63,653 bases of DNA, filler included, from 10 parts of 10 records of this genome joined end to end with filler, not necessarily neighbours in it, one strand, 5' to 3'; shown: positions 12,099 through 24,461, numbered from the whole stretch's first letter. The notes: a model not told the origin generated them from the letters alone. Made by a program: numbers and translations.

Positions 12099-13121
12099 TT
12101 AATATTCCACCAGACCACCGTAATAGCGGCGTTCATCCGGGTTGTGATCTTTGTAAATAGACAGGTAGTAGCAGAGCCACTCCATTGGCACGAACATCAG
12201 GAACGGTGCCAGCCACGGGTGCAGCCCTTGCGAAATTTCGGCGTAATCGATGACGATCACGTTGTCAGTACGCTGTTTAACAAAGTTAATGGCGCGTTCG
12301 GTGGTGTGGCGACTTTCATCATTGCCGAGCAGGAACAGGAACGGAACGCCCGGTTCGACAATCTCCAGCGGGCCATGGCGGAACTCTCCGCTCTCAATCA
12401 CGCAGCCGTGCGTCCAGGTAAATTCCATCAGCGTTACAATGCCTTCTTTGTAACCCAGCGGACGCAGCGGACCCGCAGCAACGGTATAAATCATCGGCCA
12501 CTGGCTGGCCAGTTCACCAAGCTGGCGGCCTTTTTCTTCCCAGGTGCGTACCAGATGACCGAGCGCATTCGGCAACTGCTTGAGATCGTTTTTGATCTTG
12601 CCGATTTCCGCGTTCGGCGCGAGGCGGGTGATCATCTCCAGCACCACGCTGTAGCAGAGCAGCAGGTGAATTTCCCAGATACAGTCGGCCTGATAATCAA
12701 TGCTAAATTCCGCCGCCGAGGTAATCGGGCTATCCGCGCGTTTGGTGAACGCCGCAGTGAGTGCGCCGCAGGCCCGGCCCAGCTCCAGCGCTTTGATTAC
12801 CTCTTCGGTTTTACCGTAGTCAGAAACGCCAATTACTGCGCAACGATCGTCGAGGCGATACGGGGTGTTATCGCAGAACTCCCAGCCGGAAATGGCGTAG
12901 ACCTGAAGATCGGAAAAGCGATCCGCCAGATGTTTCGCCGTTTGCGCCGCGTTGAGTGGCGATCCGCAGGCAACGAAATAAATACGATCAATGTCGCGCT
13001 TCACCATCTCTTCCACGATGGCGTGCACCAGCGGAACGTCATGGCTGAGAACTTTTTCCACTTCCTGAACCATATTTTCGGTGACCAGAAAGTCCACGGT
13101 GCTTTTATCAATATCCAACAT
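12099..13121 (-). CDS. frlB: Fructoselysine-6-phosphate deglycase (SIS domains)
   Basis: [17 protein letters not shown] motifs. Confidence 0.95.
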
Positions 13122-13141
13122 TTTATTTTCTCCAGATAACA

Positions 13142-14530
<1,389 letters not shown>

Positions 14531-14773
14531 TTAAAAGGTAACATGACAATGCATGATGAATATAACAACATATGATGTTATGTAATGTGGAGGAAGATCA
14601 CAAAATTTCGCACAGGATCGCGCTGTGGCTAATGGATGTAGTTATCAAATTGAATTTAAAGTGAAAATATTTTTACGGGCGGGGGCAAGAAGGACATAGA
14701 AACAAATACGCCCTCGGAAAATCCAGAGGGCGTCGGGCAATTAAACCGGTGTTAGCCGATTTCTGTCAGAGAC

Positions 14774-14941
14774 TTACTGTGCAGTAGGACCGCAACCGCC
14801 AATGATTTTAGAAATAGAAATTGCCGGGTGCAGCAGGTAGTCGTAAGAGCAGTTCTTATCACGGTTTTCAATATGACCAGTACATGCAGTTAACGTAGCC
14901 AGTACTGCACCTACCAGTGCAACTTTAATAAATTTGTTCAT
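14774..14941 (-). CDS. yhfL: Small lipoprotein YhfL (55 aa)
   Basis: Read by hand: MNKFIKVALVGAVLATLTACTGHIENRDKNCSYDYLLHPAISISKIIGGCGPTAQ, lipobox LTAC. Confidence 0.88.
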   Translation of the reverse strand: MNKFIKVALVGAVLATLTACTGHIENRDKNCSYDYLLHPAISISKIIGGCGPTAQ

Positions 14942-15187
14942 TTACATTCCCTATGTATTATATATTAATTAATATTCATTGATTATATGAATATAAGCAG
15001 ACTGCTCGTTAAGAACGATACAGGAATATTTAATTGGCGTCAGTGAGCGAATGACTTAATTTTGTAAGTCGCTGTAACGGTGAATATAACCCATTAGCAG
15101 ATAATATTTATTAAGGGGCTATGTTTTATTTGCTGAATATATAAAAAGAGTCATTAAGAAGGCCAGAATTCTCTGGCCCGGGTTAAA

Positions 15188-16561
15188 TTAATGGTTGGAG
15201 AACCAGTTCAGTTTATCGCGCAGGCCAACAACCCGACCAATAATAATTAGCGATGGACTGTTCATTTGCTGCGCCAGTTCTCCCAGCTGTGTGAGCGTAC
15301 CGTCAATCACGCGCTGCGTGACTGCCGTACCGTTTTCGACAATTGCCACCGGCATTTCGCCTGGCATTCCGTGTTCAATCAGCTTTTGCTGAATAGTCGC
15401 GGCCTGATTCAACCCCATATAGAACACCAGCGTCTGTTTTTCTGCCGCCAGGTTTTCCCAGTCCAGCTCGCCACCGGTTTTTAAGTGTCCGGTAATTAAG
15501 CGTACGCTCTGGGCATAATCGCGATGCGTGAGTGGAATACCCGAATAGGCAGAGCAACCAGAAGCTGCGGTAATACCCGGAACCACCGAGAACGGAATAC
15601 CCGCGTTGCACAGTGTTTCCAGCTCTTCGCCACCACGGCCAAAAATAAACGGATCGCCACCTTTCAGCCGCACCACGCGTTTGCCTTTTTGCGCTTCCCG
15701 CAGCAGGATCTGGTTAATCTCTTCCTGGGGTACGCAGTGGTATCCCGCGCGTTTGCCGACGAAAACACGGTCCGCATCGCGGCGTACCAGATTCATAATA
15801 TCGTCAGAAACCAGACGGTCGTAGACCACCACATCTGCCTGCTGAATTTGTTGCAGTCCTTTCAGTGTCAGCAGCCCGGCATCGCCCGGACCTGCACCAA
15901 CCAGCACCACTTCACCGCGATGGTCGAGCGGTTCGTTGATTAACTGTTCGGTCGTTTCAGTAATGGCTTTCTGATCGTTGTTTGCCAGCGACTGCGCCAG
16001 GCGGTCGTTAACGAACAATTTCTCCCAGAAACGGCGACGCTCACCCATCGTGGCGAACTGTTGTTTCACTCGCCCGCGTAATTGCCCGGCGTATTTCGCT
16101 ACCTGGCCCAGATGTAACGGCAGCAGTGATTCAAGTTTTTCGCGCAACAGGCGTGCCAGAACCGGAGAGGTGCCGCCAGAGGAGACCGCTACCATGAGCG
16201 GTGAGCGGTCAATAATCGACGGCATAATAAAGCTGGCGGCTTTCGGCGCATCGACCACGTTACAGAAGATGCGACGAGCTTCAGCGGCTTCGCTGACGCG
16301 CTGGTTAAGCGCGTCATCATCCGTCGCTGCAATCGCCAGCCAGCAGGTGTCGAGAAGGCTTTCATCAAATGGCCCTTCGACGAGGGTTAACATGCCTGCA
16401 TCTGCCCATGCGGTGAACTGTGGAATAAACGCTAATGCATTCACCGTTAAGCGAGCGCCTGCGTCTAACAGCAACCTTGCTTTGCGTTCCGCGACATCAC
16501 CACCGCCGACAATCAGACAGTCGCGATCGCGTAATTGGCAAAATATAGGCAAATGATCCAC
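15188..16561 (-). CDS. cysG: Siroheme synthase
   Basis: GGGDVA Rossmann motif, GAGPGD and RLKGGDP methyltransferase motifs. Confidence 0.98.
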
Positions 16562-16579
16562 GTAAAAACCCCTTAGTAA

Positions 16580-17386
16580 TTAACCGGCAGCCGTTTCAGT
16601 TTGATTAAATTTGTCCGCAACCGGACGATTCGCTTTCGGCGTAGCATACCAATAACCCAATCCCATGAATACGGCACCTGATAAAGTATTACCCAGCGTC
16701 ACCCACAGCAGGTTATGACCAATACCCGCCAGCGTGTAGGCTTCGCTGTGGTTGCCGAACCAGGAGAGCGCGAACAGCGTCATGTTAGCGATAGAGTGCT
16801 CGTAGCCGGACGCGATAAATGCCAGCAGACACCACCAGATAGCGATAAATTTCGCCGCCCCTTCAGTGCGCAGCGCCATCCAGATTGCCAGGCAAACCAG
16901 CCAGTTACACAATGCACCTTTGAAGAAGAGTACCATTGCCGGTGCAGTGGTTTTAGCCAGCGCGACGGAGTGAACGATGCTGGTATCTACCGGCAGCAGG
17001 CTACCGCCGCCCCAGCTATAGAGCATGGCAACGAAGACGGAACCGACCAGGTTACCCAGCCAGGTTTGCGGCAGGATTGCCCACATTTGCCCGTGGCTGA
17101 TGCTGCCCGCTTTTACCCCAAAGGTGAGGAACATGGTGTGTCCGGTGAACAGTTCAGAACCGGCGATAATCACCAGCGTTAAGGCGATACCAAAGGTCGC
17201 GCCCATCACCAAAGGGCGTACGGATGGATCGAGCAAATTACCGAGCGTGAAAATCAGGATGATCCCAAGACCCACATACGCGCCCGCCATGGCGGAGCTG
17301 ACCCAAAAGCCGAGCGGGTTATTTGCCGACAGGCGTGCAATGCGCGCAGCGTTAGCCGCACACTTATTAATAGTGTCTGTAAACAT
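16580..17386 (-). CDS. nirC: Nitrite channel (FNT family)
   Basis: SELFTG, LCNWLVC, GYEHSIAN FNT motifs. Confidence 0.97.
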   Translation of the reverse strand: MFTDTINKCAANAARIARLSANNPLGFWVSSAMAGAYVGLGIILIFTLGNLLDPSVRPLVMGATFGIALTLVIIAGSELFTGHTMFLTFGVKAGSISHGQMWAILPQTWLGNLVGSVFVAMLYSWGGGSLLPVDTSIVHSVALAKTTAPAMVLFFKGALCNWLVCLAIWMALRTEGAAKFIAIWWCLLAFIASGYEHSIANMTLFALSWFGNHSEAYTLAGIGHNLLWVTLGNTLSGAVFMGLGYWYATPKANRPVADKFNQTETAAG

Positions 17387-17510
17387 TTGATTATCCTTTA
17401 AAAAATAAAANNNNNNNNNNNNNNNNNNNNNNNNNNNNNNNNNNNNNNNNNNNNTTAATTAATTAANNNNNNNNNNNNNNNNNNNNNNNNNNNNNNNNNN
17501 NNNNNNNNNN

Positions 17511-17583
17511 TGTGTGTGTGTGTGTGTGTGTGTCAGTGTGAATCAGTGAGTAGCGAGTGAGTGACCGTGTGTGTGTGTGTGTG
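17511..17583. repeat. (TG)n microsatellites at eukaryotic contig end
   Basis: Pure TG runs; similar runs at 44297-44316, 63633-63653 (CA), GA runs near 47855-47884, (GAT)n/(GGT)n at 20398-20426. Confidence 0.9.
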
Positions 17584-18038
17584 CGTTTTGTTTGTTGTGC
17601 TTATGCTATGATATGAGGTGTGCAATTATGGAACCGTTGAGCTGTTATGAACACCTATAATTGTGTGACCTGATTTCAATATTAATGGTACATGCGATAG
17701 GACGTGTTTGTACGAAATATCACTTTCATCCCGGCGTGCCTGTGCTCTTTCTCTCTCGCACATCTCTCTCTCCATGGGTACACGCCGACAATCCAATCCC
17801 TACTGTATTCTGACAGAGAAATTCGGCTTTCAAAGAGTGTTATGGGGCCGCGCGTAGATATACATACATGGCCTTGTTTCCTTTTGTTCTTGTTCAACGA
17901 GTTTAAAGCACCACCAGTCTCGTCCTAGCGAATTATTCTCGCATTTTACTTGCTGGAGAACGCAGTCTAGGAAGCGAGAATTCTTATCACGTTTGAAATA
18001 ACGATAACAACACTGAATTTACATCCTTACTCACGTAA

Positions 18039-19738
18039 ATGAAATCATCTGCTCGTTCAGCGCGTGCGTCCACAAGGTCCGGCCCACAGAAAGGTACATA
18101 TTTTTTTCTATATGAGTGGGAGTGGGTGCATCCAGAAAGATTCGCAACACGTAGAGCAAGTTGCATGGGTCGCGCGACCGTGCACACTCGCTTATCGTCT
18201 AGTGTTCTTGCTTGCAATCGAACAGCAATCTATCTTGTGCTCACCAGTGCGTGACCTTTGATACACGTGTAATAACTCGTAGGCGCTCGTCGCACCAAAA
18301 TCGAGCGCATGCAACAGCTCCTCCACAATCAAGCGTACCACGATACGTGGCTGGGCCCTGATGTAGTGGATGGGGACTTGGCGGCTCTGGCGCATGCGCA
18401 CAGAGACATACGGTTTGAGCAATACAAGGCCTGGGGAATCGAGCAGTTTAGCCGCCAAACCGTAGACTATATTATACAAAGTACGTTTGCGTTGCATAGC
18501 GGCCGAGTGTTACTCAAAGTCTGCCATATTTCTTGTTATGCAGACGTTTTTGTGGGCACCCCGGAGCCATGCAGCACTGCGACATCAGGTACGTGATTGA
18601 GACTTGGTGTGATGTGCTTTCCTGCTGCTAAGGTGAGGACACAACGCTTATGACTATGCTCGAAAGAATATTGTCTCGATATCGTATCGCCTATGCTTTT
18701 CCTCAATGCGCTGATGCTTTCGTTTATTGTTCCAGGGTCAAAGCGAAAGATTGAGCCAGCAAACAGCCCCCCGCCTTCCAAAGCTCCCAAACCAGCCTCC
18801 GCATCGGGTACGCGAAATAGTTCGAATGTGTCCCAGCACTCGGCTACCATCTGAGTGGTATCGATAATGATGACCAAATACTGAGGTGTTTGCGCTTGCG
18901 TACTCTGACACTTGTGCTGATTGCCTGCACGTATGCACATGCAGAGCTGCCCCGGTCTTCACACAATGACAAGATCCGACTTCCCGAACCGTGCTCCACC
19001 GAAGACTCGGACGGAAACACGCGCAGCAAATTTTCCTGGGAGGTCGTGGTTGGTTACTTTTGCTACCAAACTGCCACACGGTTTTCCCTCAGTCGATCAT
19101 CCCCCGGTTTCGCATCTGCGTTCTCTTTGCCCGCACTCGTCACGGAGGACGGAGGAGACCACGCCCATGCACCAGCATCGTCGCTGCAGCACCTCATGCT
19201 CAGTCTTAGTCGCACCCTTGCGACATTGATGTTGGTCCCAGGGCTCGCACACGACACCCGCGGGACTTTGCTTGCCTCCCCCATTCTGTTTGAGGCGGTC
19301 GCAGCCGCCAACGAAGCTGCGGCCCTGCGTGACCTGGGGAGACTGTATCTGGAGCCCAATATGCGGCTCTCATCGGGGTACGGCGAAGTTCGGTGCACGT
19401 TCGGAAGCATGATGCACTATGCGGTACCGCTTGTAGCGGAGGTCACGCAGCCAGGCGAGCTGCTGAATGGGTGTGCACAGGCCCTGATGGGTCTCTGTTG
19501 CGCAGACCGACAGAACGTCCGCTGTAAAGTGAGCCTCAGTTACCTGTACGCCATTGTGACGGACACGGTACAGTGGTGTGTGATACGGTATACCGTGTCG
19601 GGAGAAGTGGGGCACCCGGCGGCCTTGGAGCAGTGGTCTCTTCCGCCCGTGGACTATTACACCGCACAGTCGGTGGGTGCAGTGTGTATCGCGTTGCGGC
19701 GTGTAGTGGAATCTGCTATGATGCAGTTTCAAGTGTGA
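18039..19738 (+). CDS. Eukaryotic 5-exon gene, about 387 aa: SAM-like N-terminal domain, basic/Pro linker, degenerate PD-(D/E)XK REase-like C-terminal domain
   Basis: Exons 18039-18093, 18283-18480, 18544-18588, 18736-18807, 18945-19738; four GTAC..AG phase-1 introns give one open frame; motifs SPIL, AEVTQ, GCAQ, YAIVTDTVQW. Confidence 0.6.
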
Positions 19739-20111
19739 GTGATGATTGTGTGCCGCGGCGGTTTTACCAGTGACTCGTGTGCGTGTGCTTCTGTGTATCG
19801 ATAGATGCGTGCGTGTATAGGTATGTAGGTGTGTCGGTGTGTATGTATGCTTGTTGCCAAGACAGGAAAAATTCCCGCTCATGTACGTGGACCCTTTGAT
19901 ACATACGACGAGCAAGGAGAGGTGCCGTACTCACACTTTCACGCGCTCAAAAGTCTCGTATTAGTTTATATTCCTTGCCGATAACACTCACACTATACCT
20001 CCACAAAAACACACATACACACTCACACGCAGGGACACACGCAGTAGCGCACATACAAGTACACGATACACAAACCACACATATATACACACACACACAC
20101 ACTTTCTCTCT

Positions 20112-20354
20112 CTACTCAGGCTTCACGCGGGGTACAGTGGCGAACGGAATGCGCAAAAACGCACAGAAATCACGCACCATCATCACCATATACACCACAT
20201 GGTACACAATGTTGAACACAAACACGCTCCACAGTGCGTAGTTCTGATAGGGCAGTTCGTAGAAGGAGTACAGAGCCAGGGCGGGGATCAGCAGAGTGGG
20301 GACGTGGAAAAAGGTAGGGCGCTCGTTCATAAGATGTCCCACGATAACACGAAC
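20112..20354 (-). CDS. Terminal exon of choline/ethanolamine phosphotransferase-like (CEPT/AAPT) gene
   Basis: Pyrimidine-rich ...TTCGCAG acceptor, then VRVIVGHLM...YHVVYMVMMVRDFCAFLRIPFATV, resembling the CEPT/EPT1 C-terminus; upstream exons are off-contig. Confidence 0.6.
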   Translation of the reverse strand, partial: VRVIVGHLMNERPTFFHVPTLLIPALALYSFYELPYQNYALWSVFVFNIVYHVVYMVMMVRDFCAFLRIPFATVPRVKPE

Positions 20355-20526
20355 CTGCGAACGCAAGAGGGAAGAGGGACATAGACCACGTGAGCGGATG
20401 ATGATGATGATGATGGTGGTGGTGGTNNNNNNNNNNNNNNNNNNNNNNNNNNNNNNNNNNNNNNNNNNNNTTAATTAATTAANNNNNNNNNNNNNNNNNN
20501 NNNNNNNNNNNNNNNNNNNNNNNNNN

Positions 20527-20784
20527 GGGTTACTTTACGCTTCCGAAAACAGTGAGGGCGTCATTCTGACAGAAATTACAGGTGGTCAGTATGCGGTGGC
20601 GGTAGCTCGTGTAGTCGGTGATGATTTTGCTAAACCCTGGTATCAGTTCTTTAATAGTCTCTTGCAGGACAGTGCTTATGAAATGTTACCAAAGCCCTGC
20701 TTCGAGGTTTATTTGAACAATGGCGCGGAAGATGGGTACTGGGATATCGAAATGTATGTTGCGGTGCAGCCAAAACATCACTAA
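20527..20784 (+). CDS. sbmC: DNA gyrase inhibitor SbmC/GyrI, 3' part
   Basis: ...[30 protein letters not shown]; upstream of yeeA; truncated by contig start. Confidence 0.9.
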   Translation, partial: GLLYASENSEGVILTEITGGQYAVAVARVVGDDFAKPWYQFFNSLLQDSAYEMLPKPCFEVYLNNGAEDGYWDIEMYVAVQPKHH

Positions 20785-20981
20785 TTCATCTCAGGGCGGT
20801 GTGTTAACGCGATGACCACTCTTTTTTTTGAAAGCGAAAAGAGTAAGATGCGCCTTTCAATTTTTTCGCTCCTGCCGGGAAATTACACTGTTCCCGGTTT
20901 GTCCGTCGGATAATTCAGAGGCGCGCCTTCTGGCCGACAGATGAGTTATGAGCGCTTTTAATCTCATTACGGAGTTTCTGC

Positions 20982-22040
20982 GTGCGTGCCGATAAGTCAT
21001 TAAGCCCGTTTGAAATCCGGGTATACCGCCATTACCGCATTGTGCATGGTACTCGGGTCGCGCTGGCATTCCTGCTCACTTTTCTCATTATCCGCCTGTT
21101 TACTATCCCGGAAAGCACCTGGCCGCTGGTCACCATGGTGGTGATTATGGGGCCAATCTCGTTCTGGAGTAACGTTGTCCCTCGCGCCTTTGAGCGTATT
21201 GGCGGTACGGTGTTGGGTTCGATTTTAGGTCTTATCGCTCTGCAACTGGAGTTAATCTCGTTACCGCTGATGTTAGTCTGGTGCGCGGCGGCCATGTTCC
21301 TTTGCGGTTGGCTGGCGCTGGGCAAGAAACCGTATCAAGGTTTATTGATTGGGGTGACGCTGGCAATTGTTGTGGGTTCCCCGACAGGTGAAATTGATAC
21401 GGCGTTATGGCGAAGCGGCGATGTGATCCTCGGCTCTTTACTGGCAATGTTGTTTACCGGTATCTGGCCACAACGGGCGTTCATCCACTGGCGCATTCAA
21501 CTGGCGAAAAGTCTGACCGAGTATAATCGGGTCTATCAATCTGCATTCTCACCGAACTTACTCGAACGCCCACGTCTGGAAAGCCATCTACAAAAACTCC
21601 TGACCGATGCCGTGAAAATGCGTGGACTGATTGCGCCCGCCAGCAAAGAAACCCGTATTCCAAAATCGATATATGAAGGTATCCAGACCATTAACCGCAA
21701 TCTGGTTTGTATGCTGGAGTTGCAAATCAATGCATACTGGGCCACGCGCCCCAGCCATTTCGTGTTATTGAACGCGCAAAAACTTCGTGATACCCAGCAC
21801 ATGATGCAGCAAATACTGCTGAGCCTTGTTCATGCGCTGTACGAAGGTAATCCGCAGCCGGTTTTTGCCAATACGGAAAAATTGAACGATGCTGTGGAAG
21901 AGCTGCGTCAGTTGCTCAATAACCACCATGACCTGAAGGTTGTGGAAACACCAATCTATGGTTATGTGTGGCTGAACATGGAAACGGCGCATCAGCTTGA
22001 GTTGCTATCGAATCTGATTTGCCGGGCCTTGCGCAAATAA
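20982..22040 (+). CDS. yeeA: FUSC-family inner membrane protein
   Basis: 352 aa, RAFERIGGTVLG FUSC motif, synteny. Confidence 0.92.
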   Translation: MRADKSLSPFEIRVYRHYRIVHGTRVALAFLLTFLIIRLFTIPESTWPLVTMVVIMGPISFWSNVVPRAFERIGGTVLGSILGLIALQLELISLPLMLVWCAAAMFLCGWLALGKKPYQGLLIGVTLAIVVGSPTGEIDTALWRSGDVILGSLLAMLFTGIWPQRAFIHWRIQLAKSLTEYNRVYQSAFSPNLLERPRLESHLQKLLTDAVKMRGLIAPASKETRIPKSIYEGIQTINRNLVCMLELQINAYWATRPSHFVLLNAQKLRDTQHMMQQILLSLVHALYEGNPQPVFANTEKLNDAVEELRQLLNNHHDLKVVETPIYGYVWLNMETAHQLELLSNLICRALRK

Positions 22041-22211
22041 TTCCTGAACTTCAGAATCATCTTGCTGCTGCTTCGATTCAGCAAGGATAAAGGGTATGAT
22101 AGTGAAAAGGGATAAAAGCATTGTCATCTGCGGCAGCTATGAGTAATGTTGGCCCTAACGAATAGCGGTTGCTTAAACGAATCCGACTCTCACATTATCA
22201 GGGGTATAAAA

Positions 22212-22541
22212 ATGGAAACTACCAAGCCTTCATTCCAGGACGTACTGGAATTTGTTCGTCTGTTCCGTCGTAAGAACAAACTGCAACGTGAAATTCAGGA
22301 CGTTGAGAAAAAGATCCGTGACAACCAGAAGCGCGTCCTGCTGCTGGACAACCTGAGCGATTACATCAAGCCGGGGATGAGCGTTGAAGCAATCCAGGGC
22401 ATCATCGCCAGCATGAAAGGTGACTATGAAGATCGCGTTGACGATTACATCATCAAAAATGCCGAGCTCTCCAAAGAACGCCGCGATATCTCCAAAAAGC
22501 TGAAAGCTATGGGCGAAATGAAAAACGGCGAAGCGAAGTAA
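22212..22541 (+). CDS. tmaR: Pole-localizer TmaR (YeeX, DUF496)
   Basis: 109 aa METTKPSF..., coiled coil. Confidence 0.92.
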   Translation: METTKPSFQDVLEFVRLFRRKNKLQREIQDVEKKIRDNQKRVLLLDNLSDYIKPGMSVEAIQGIIASMKGDYEDRVDDYIIKNAELSKERRDISKKLKAMGEMKNGEAK

Positions 22542-22554
22542 TTCCCGTTTTATT

Positions 22555-22583
22555 CAATGAGGGTTGCCCGGCAACCCTCATTG
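22555..22583. terminator. Hairpin after tmaR
   Basis: CAATGAGGGTTGCC-C-GGCAACCCTCATTG inverted repeat. Confidence 0.7.
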
Positions 22584-22641
22584 CTCATTGATTCTTATCT
22601 GTGTATCACCGTCATCATTCTCATCCGAGAACCAATCGAAA

Positions 22642-22998
22642 TTAACAACAGCCTTCTTCTGTATGCAGCAAGGCAAAAAGTTCTGTAACTCCATTGTTAT
22701 TAACTGCACTGGTTACTAACACGTTGTGCGCTCCAGCTTCCCGTAACCAACTTTTCACCAAAGATATTTGTTCCATGCTGGCTAAATCTGCTTTGGTTAC
22801 TACTCCAATGACCGGGTGATTCATGGCCCGGTAGGGCGTTTTTACCTCTAATTCCTGCTTCAGCGCTGAGATTCCTGCTTGTTGCCAGAAAAGCAGGCAC
22901 CTGCCGTCTGAACGGTATCGATCCGGAAGCGTATCTGCGCCATATTCTGAGCATACTGCCGGAATGGCCCTCCAACCGTGTTGACGAACTCCTGCCAT
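22642..22998 (-). pseudogene. yoeF: yoeF remnant; C-terminal fragment of an EutP/PduV-like GTPase
   Basis: Only PVIGVVTKADL and VTSAVNNNGV (G4/G5-like) are present; the 5' part overlaps an IS remnant. Confidence 0.65.
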
Positions 22999-23054
22999 GG
23001 AACGTAGTTCTCACCAATAAATAAGCGTCAATACGGTGCTCCGTTGACGCTTAC
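22896..23054 (+). mobile_element. IS66-family right-end remnant (TnpC C-terminus plus terminal IR)
   Basis: GTCRLNGIDPEAYLRHILSILPEWPSNRVDELLPWNVVLTNK* (22896-23024), then ...GACGCTTAC (reverse complement of GTAAGCGTC, an IS66-type end). Confidence 0.75.
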
Positions 23055-23438
23055 TTTAATCCGTTTTCTGAGCTTAGATTTTTCTGTTCCTACCCAGACC
23101 GTGGATTTGGAATTCATTTTTTGTCAGGTCAATGCTAATCGTTAAAACGGCCATAACGCACCTCCACTGGAAGGTTTATCAGTAATATCCTACCGTTGCT
23201 TCATGGTCGGGGCGTCCATTCCATTATTATCGGTTTTCCTTTCTGTTTATAAATGAAAACGCCAGCTGTATTCAGGCTGGCGTCAGGAGAAATGAAGCCT
23301 GTTGAGTGAGATTCACCGGTTCTGGTGCAGAAGCTGCAGATGGCGCAGGGTAAGGACATCTTCTCTTGCCTGCTTAATACAGGACAACAGTGCTGTTTCT
23401 GTGGTTAATGGCACTATACCCTGTATCACTGCATTGTC

Positions 23439-23633
23439 TTACAGCAACTGGTGAGGGCTGGCATAAGTTGCCGGTGTTTCGGTAGAGTCACGGTCATCCA
23501 CCACGCGGAGTGAATAACCGTTTTCAGCGGCCTTATTAATCAGTTCAGTGATATTAACACCATCAATGTCAACGACAATGTGCCCCATATCCAGCGCCTG
23601 TACGTTAACGCTGTCGGCTTCCAGTGTCATCAT
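23439..23633 (-). pseudogene. yeeW: YeeW (CP4-44 small ORF/remnant)
   Basis: 64-aa ORF overlapping the cbtA stop, typical position. Confidence 0.6.
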
Positions 23634-24004
23634 TTCGCCTCCGGATACTTACCCAGGGTAATGTTATTTACCGTTCTGTAATTGTCGCGGGTCATCAGGC
23701 CGGTCGCCCTGCGAGCCCGGAGGATATCGATGCTGTTTATTAACTGAGAGCGGGTACAGGCGCTGAATCCCGGCTGGTCGGTACGCACCAGCGCGTATTT
23801 TTCCACGAGAAAGTTCACCGCATCACACAGTGAAATGCCTGCCTCAATATGCTGCTCAATCACACGTTCATCGGCAAAAGGTGTGTCATTCAGTGTGAGG
23901 CCATAGTGCTGGTCCAGCAGTCGGGACAGCAGTATCTGCCAGATTTCAACAGGAGACGGGCGAGAACTGGCCGCCTGCCCGGGTAATACAGGTAATGTTT
24001 TCAT
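23630..24004 (-). CDS. cbtA: Type IV TA toxin CbtA (YeeV), FtsZ/MreB inhibitor
   Basis: YGLTLNDTPF...DILRAR family motifs, downstream of cbeA. Confidence 0.95.
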   Translation of the reverse strand: MKTLPVLPGQAASSRPSPVEIWQILLSRLLDQHYGLTLNDTPFADERVIEQHIEAGISLCDAVNFLVEKYALVRTDQPGFSACTRSQLINSIDILRARRATGLMTRDNYRTVNNITLGKYPEAK

Positions 24005-24092
24005 ACTGAAGATTTTCCTGATATGCAGATATAAAAATGGAAAAGTGGCGTGGTGAAAACACCAGGCCGTAGCAGAAGGCTATTCTGGAGAG

Positions 24093-24461
24093 TTAATTTT
24101 TCATTTCGGGCGTCGGATAAACAGCCAGATAAACGTAATCACAACTGCTGAGGGTATCGGCTTTGCAGGTCAGCCCTTTTGCATACAGCGTGACGGTATG
24201 CTGATGGCGGGGATTCAGTTCACCGCTGGTGAGCATGAGTTCCAGTTGTTTCATCAGCAGCGGAAAGGCCTGGTCCAGGTGGTACGCATCTGCATCGCTG
24301 AACAGGCCTCTGATACCGGCGCGGTCGGCAAGGTAATGCAACCGGTTACCCTCCTGCACCAGACGTGCCCCGAAACAGGGCGTCACGGTGCAGGGCAGCC
24401 CCCACCAGGGGCGGTCGTGATTGTCGTCGGGAAGTGTTGTCCCGGGGAGTGTGTCTGACAC
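24093..24461 (-). CDS. cbeA: Type IV TA antitoxin CbeA (YeeU)
   Basis: TPCFGARLVQEGNRLHYLADRAG motif. Confidence 0.95.
   Translation of the reverse strand: MSDTLPGTTLPDDNHDRPWWGLPCTVTPCFGARLVQEGNRLHYLADRAGIRGLFSDADAYHLDQAFPLLMKQLELMLTSGELNPRHQHTVTLYAKGLTCKADTLSSCDYVYLAVYPTPEMKN

Noticed and set aside
12144..13139. 331-aa plus-strand ORF
   Set aside because: Antisense shadow of frlB with no recognisable motifs; the same applies to shadows over polA, hemN, cysG, gdhA, yegU and ygcU
18890..18944. Apparent signal peptide MRLRTLTLVLIACTYAHA on the 282-aa ORF
   Set aside because: Starts at TTG and lies inside inferred intron 4 (branch-like CTGAC/CTGAT, GCAG acceptor at 18944)
19975..20241. His/Thr-rich ORFs (HTHTH), also 19370-19915
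   Set aside because: Translations of CA/TG microsatellite-rich UTR sequence
17411..20526. Eukaryotic DNA inserted in E. coli (or the reverse) as horizontal transfer
   Set aside because: Every bacterial/eukaryotic boundary is an artificial N-spacer; there is no sequence junction
23630..24461. cbeA-cbtA or the CRISPR array as a novel defence system
   Set aside because: Well-characterised K-12 elements
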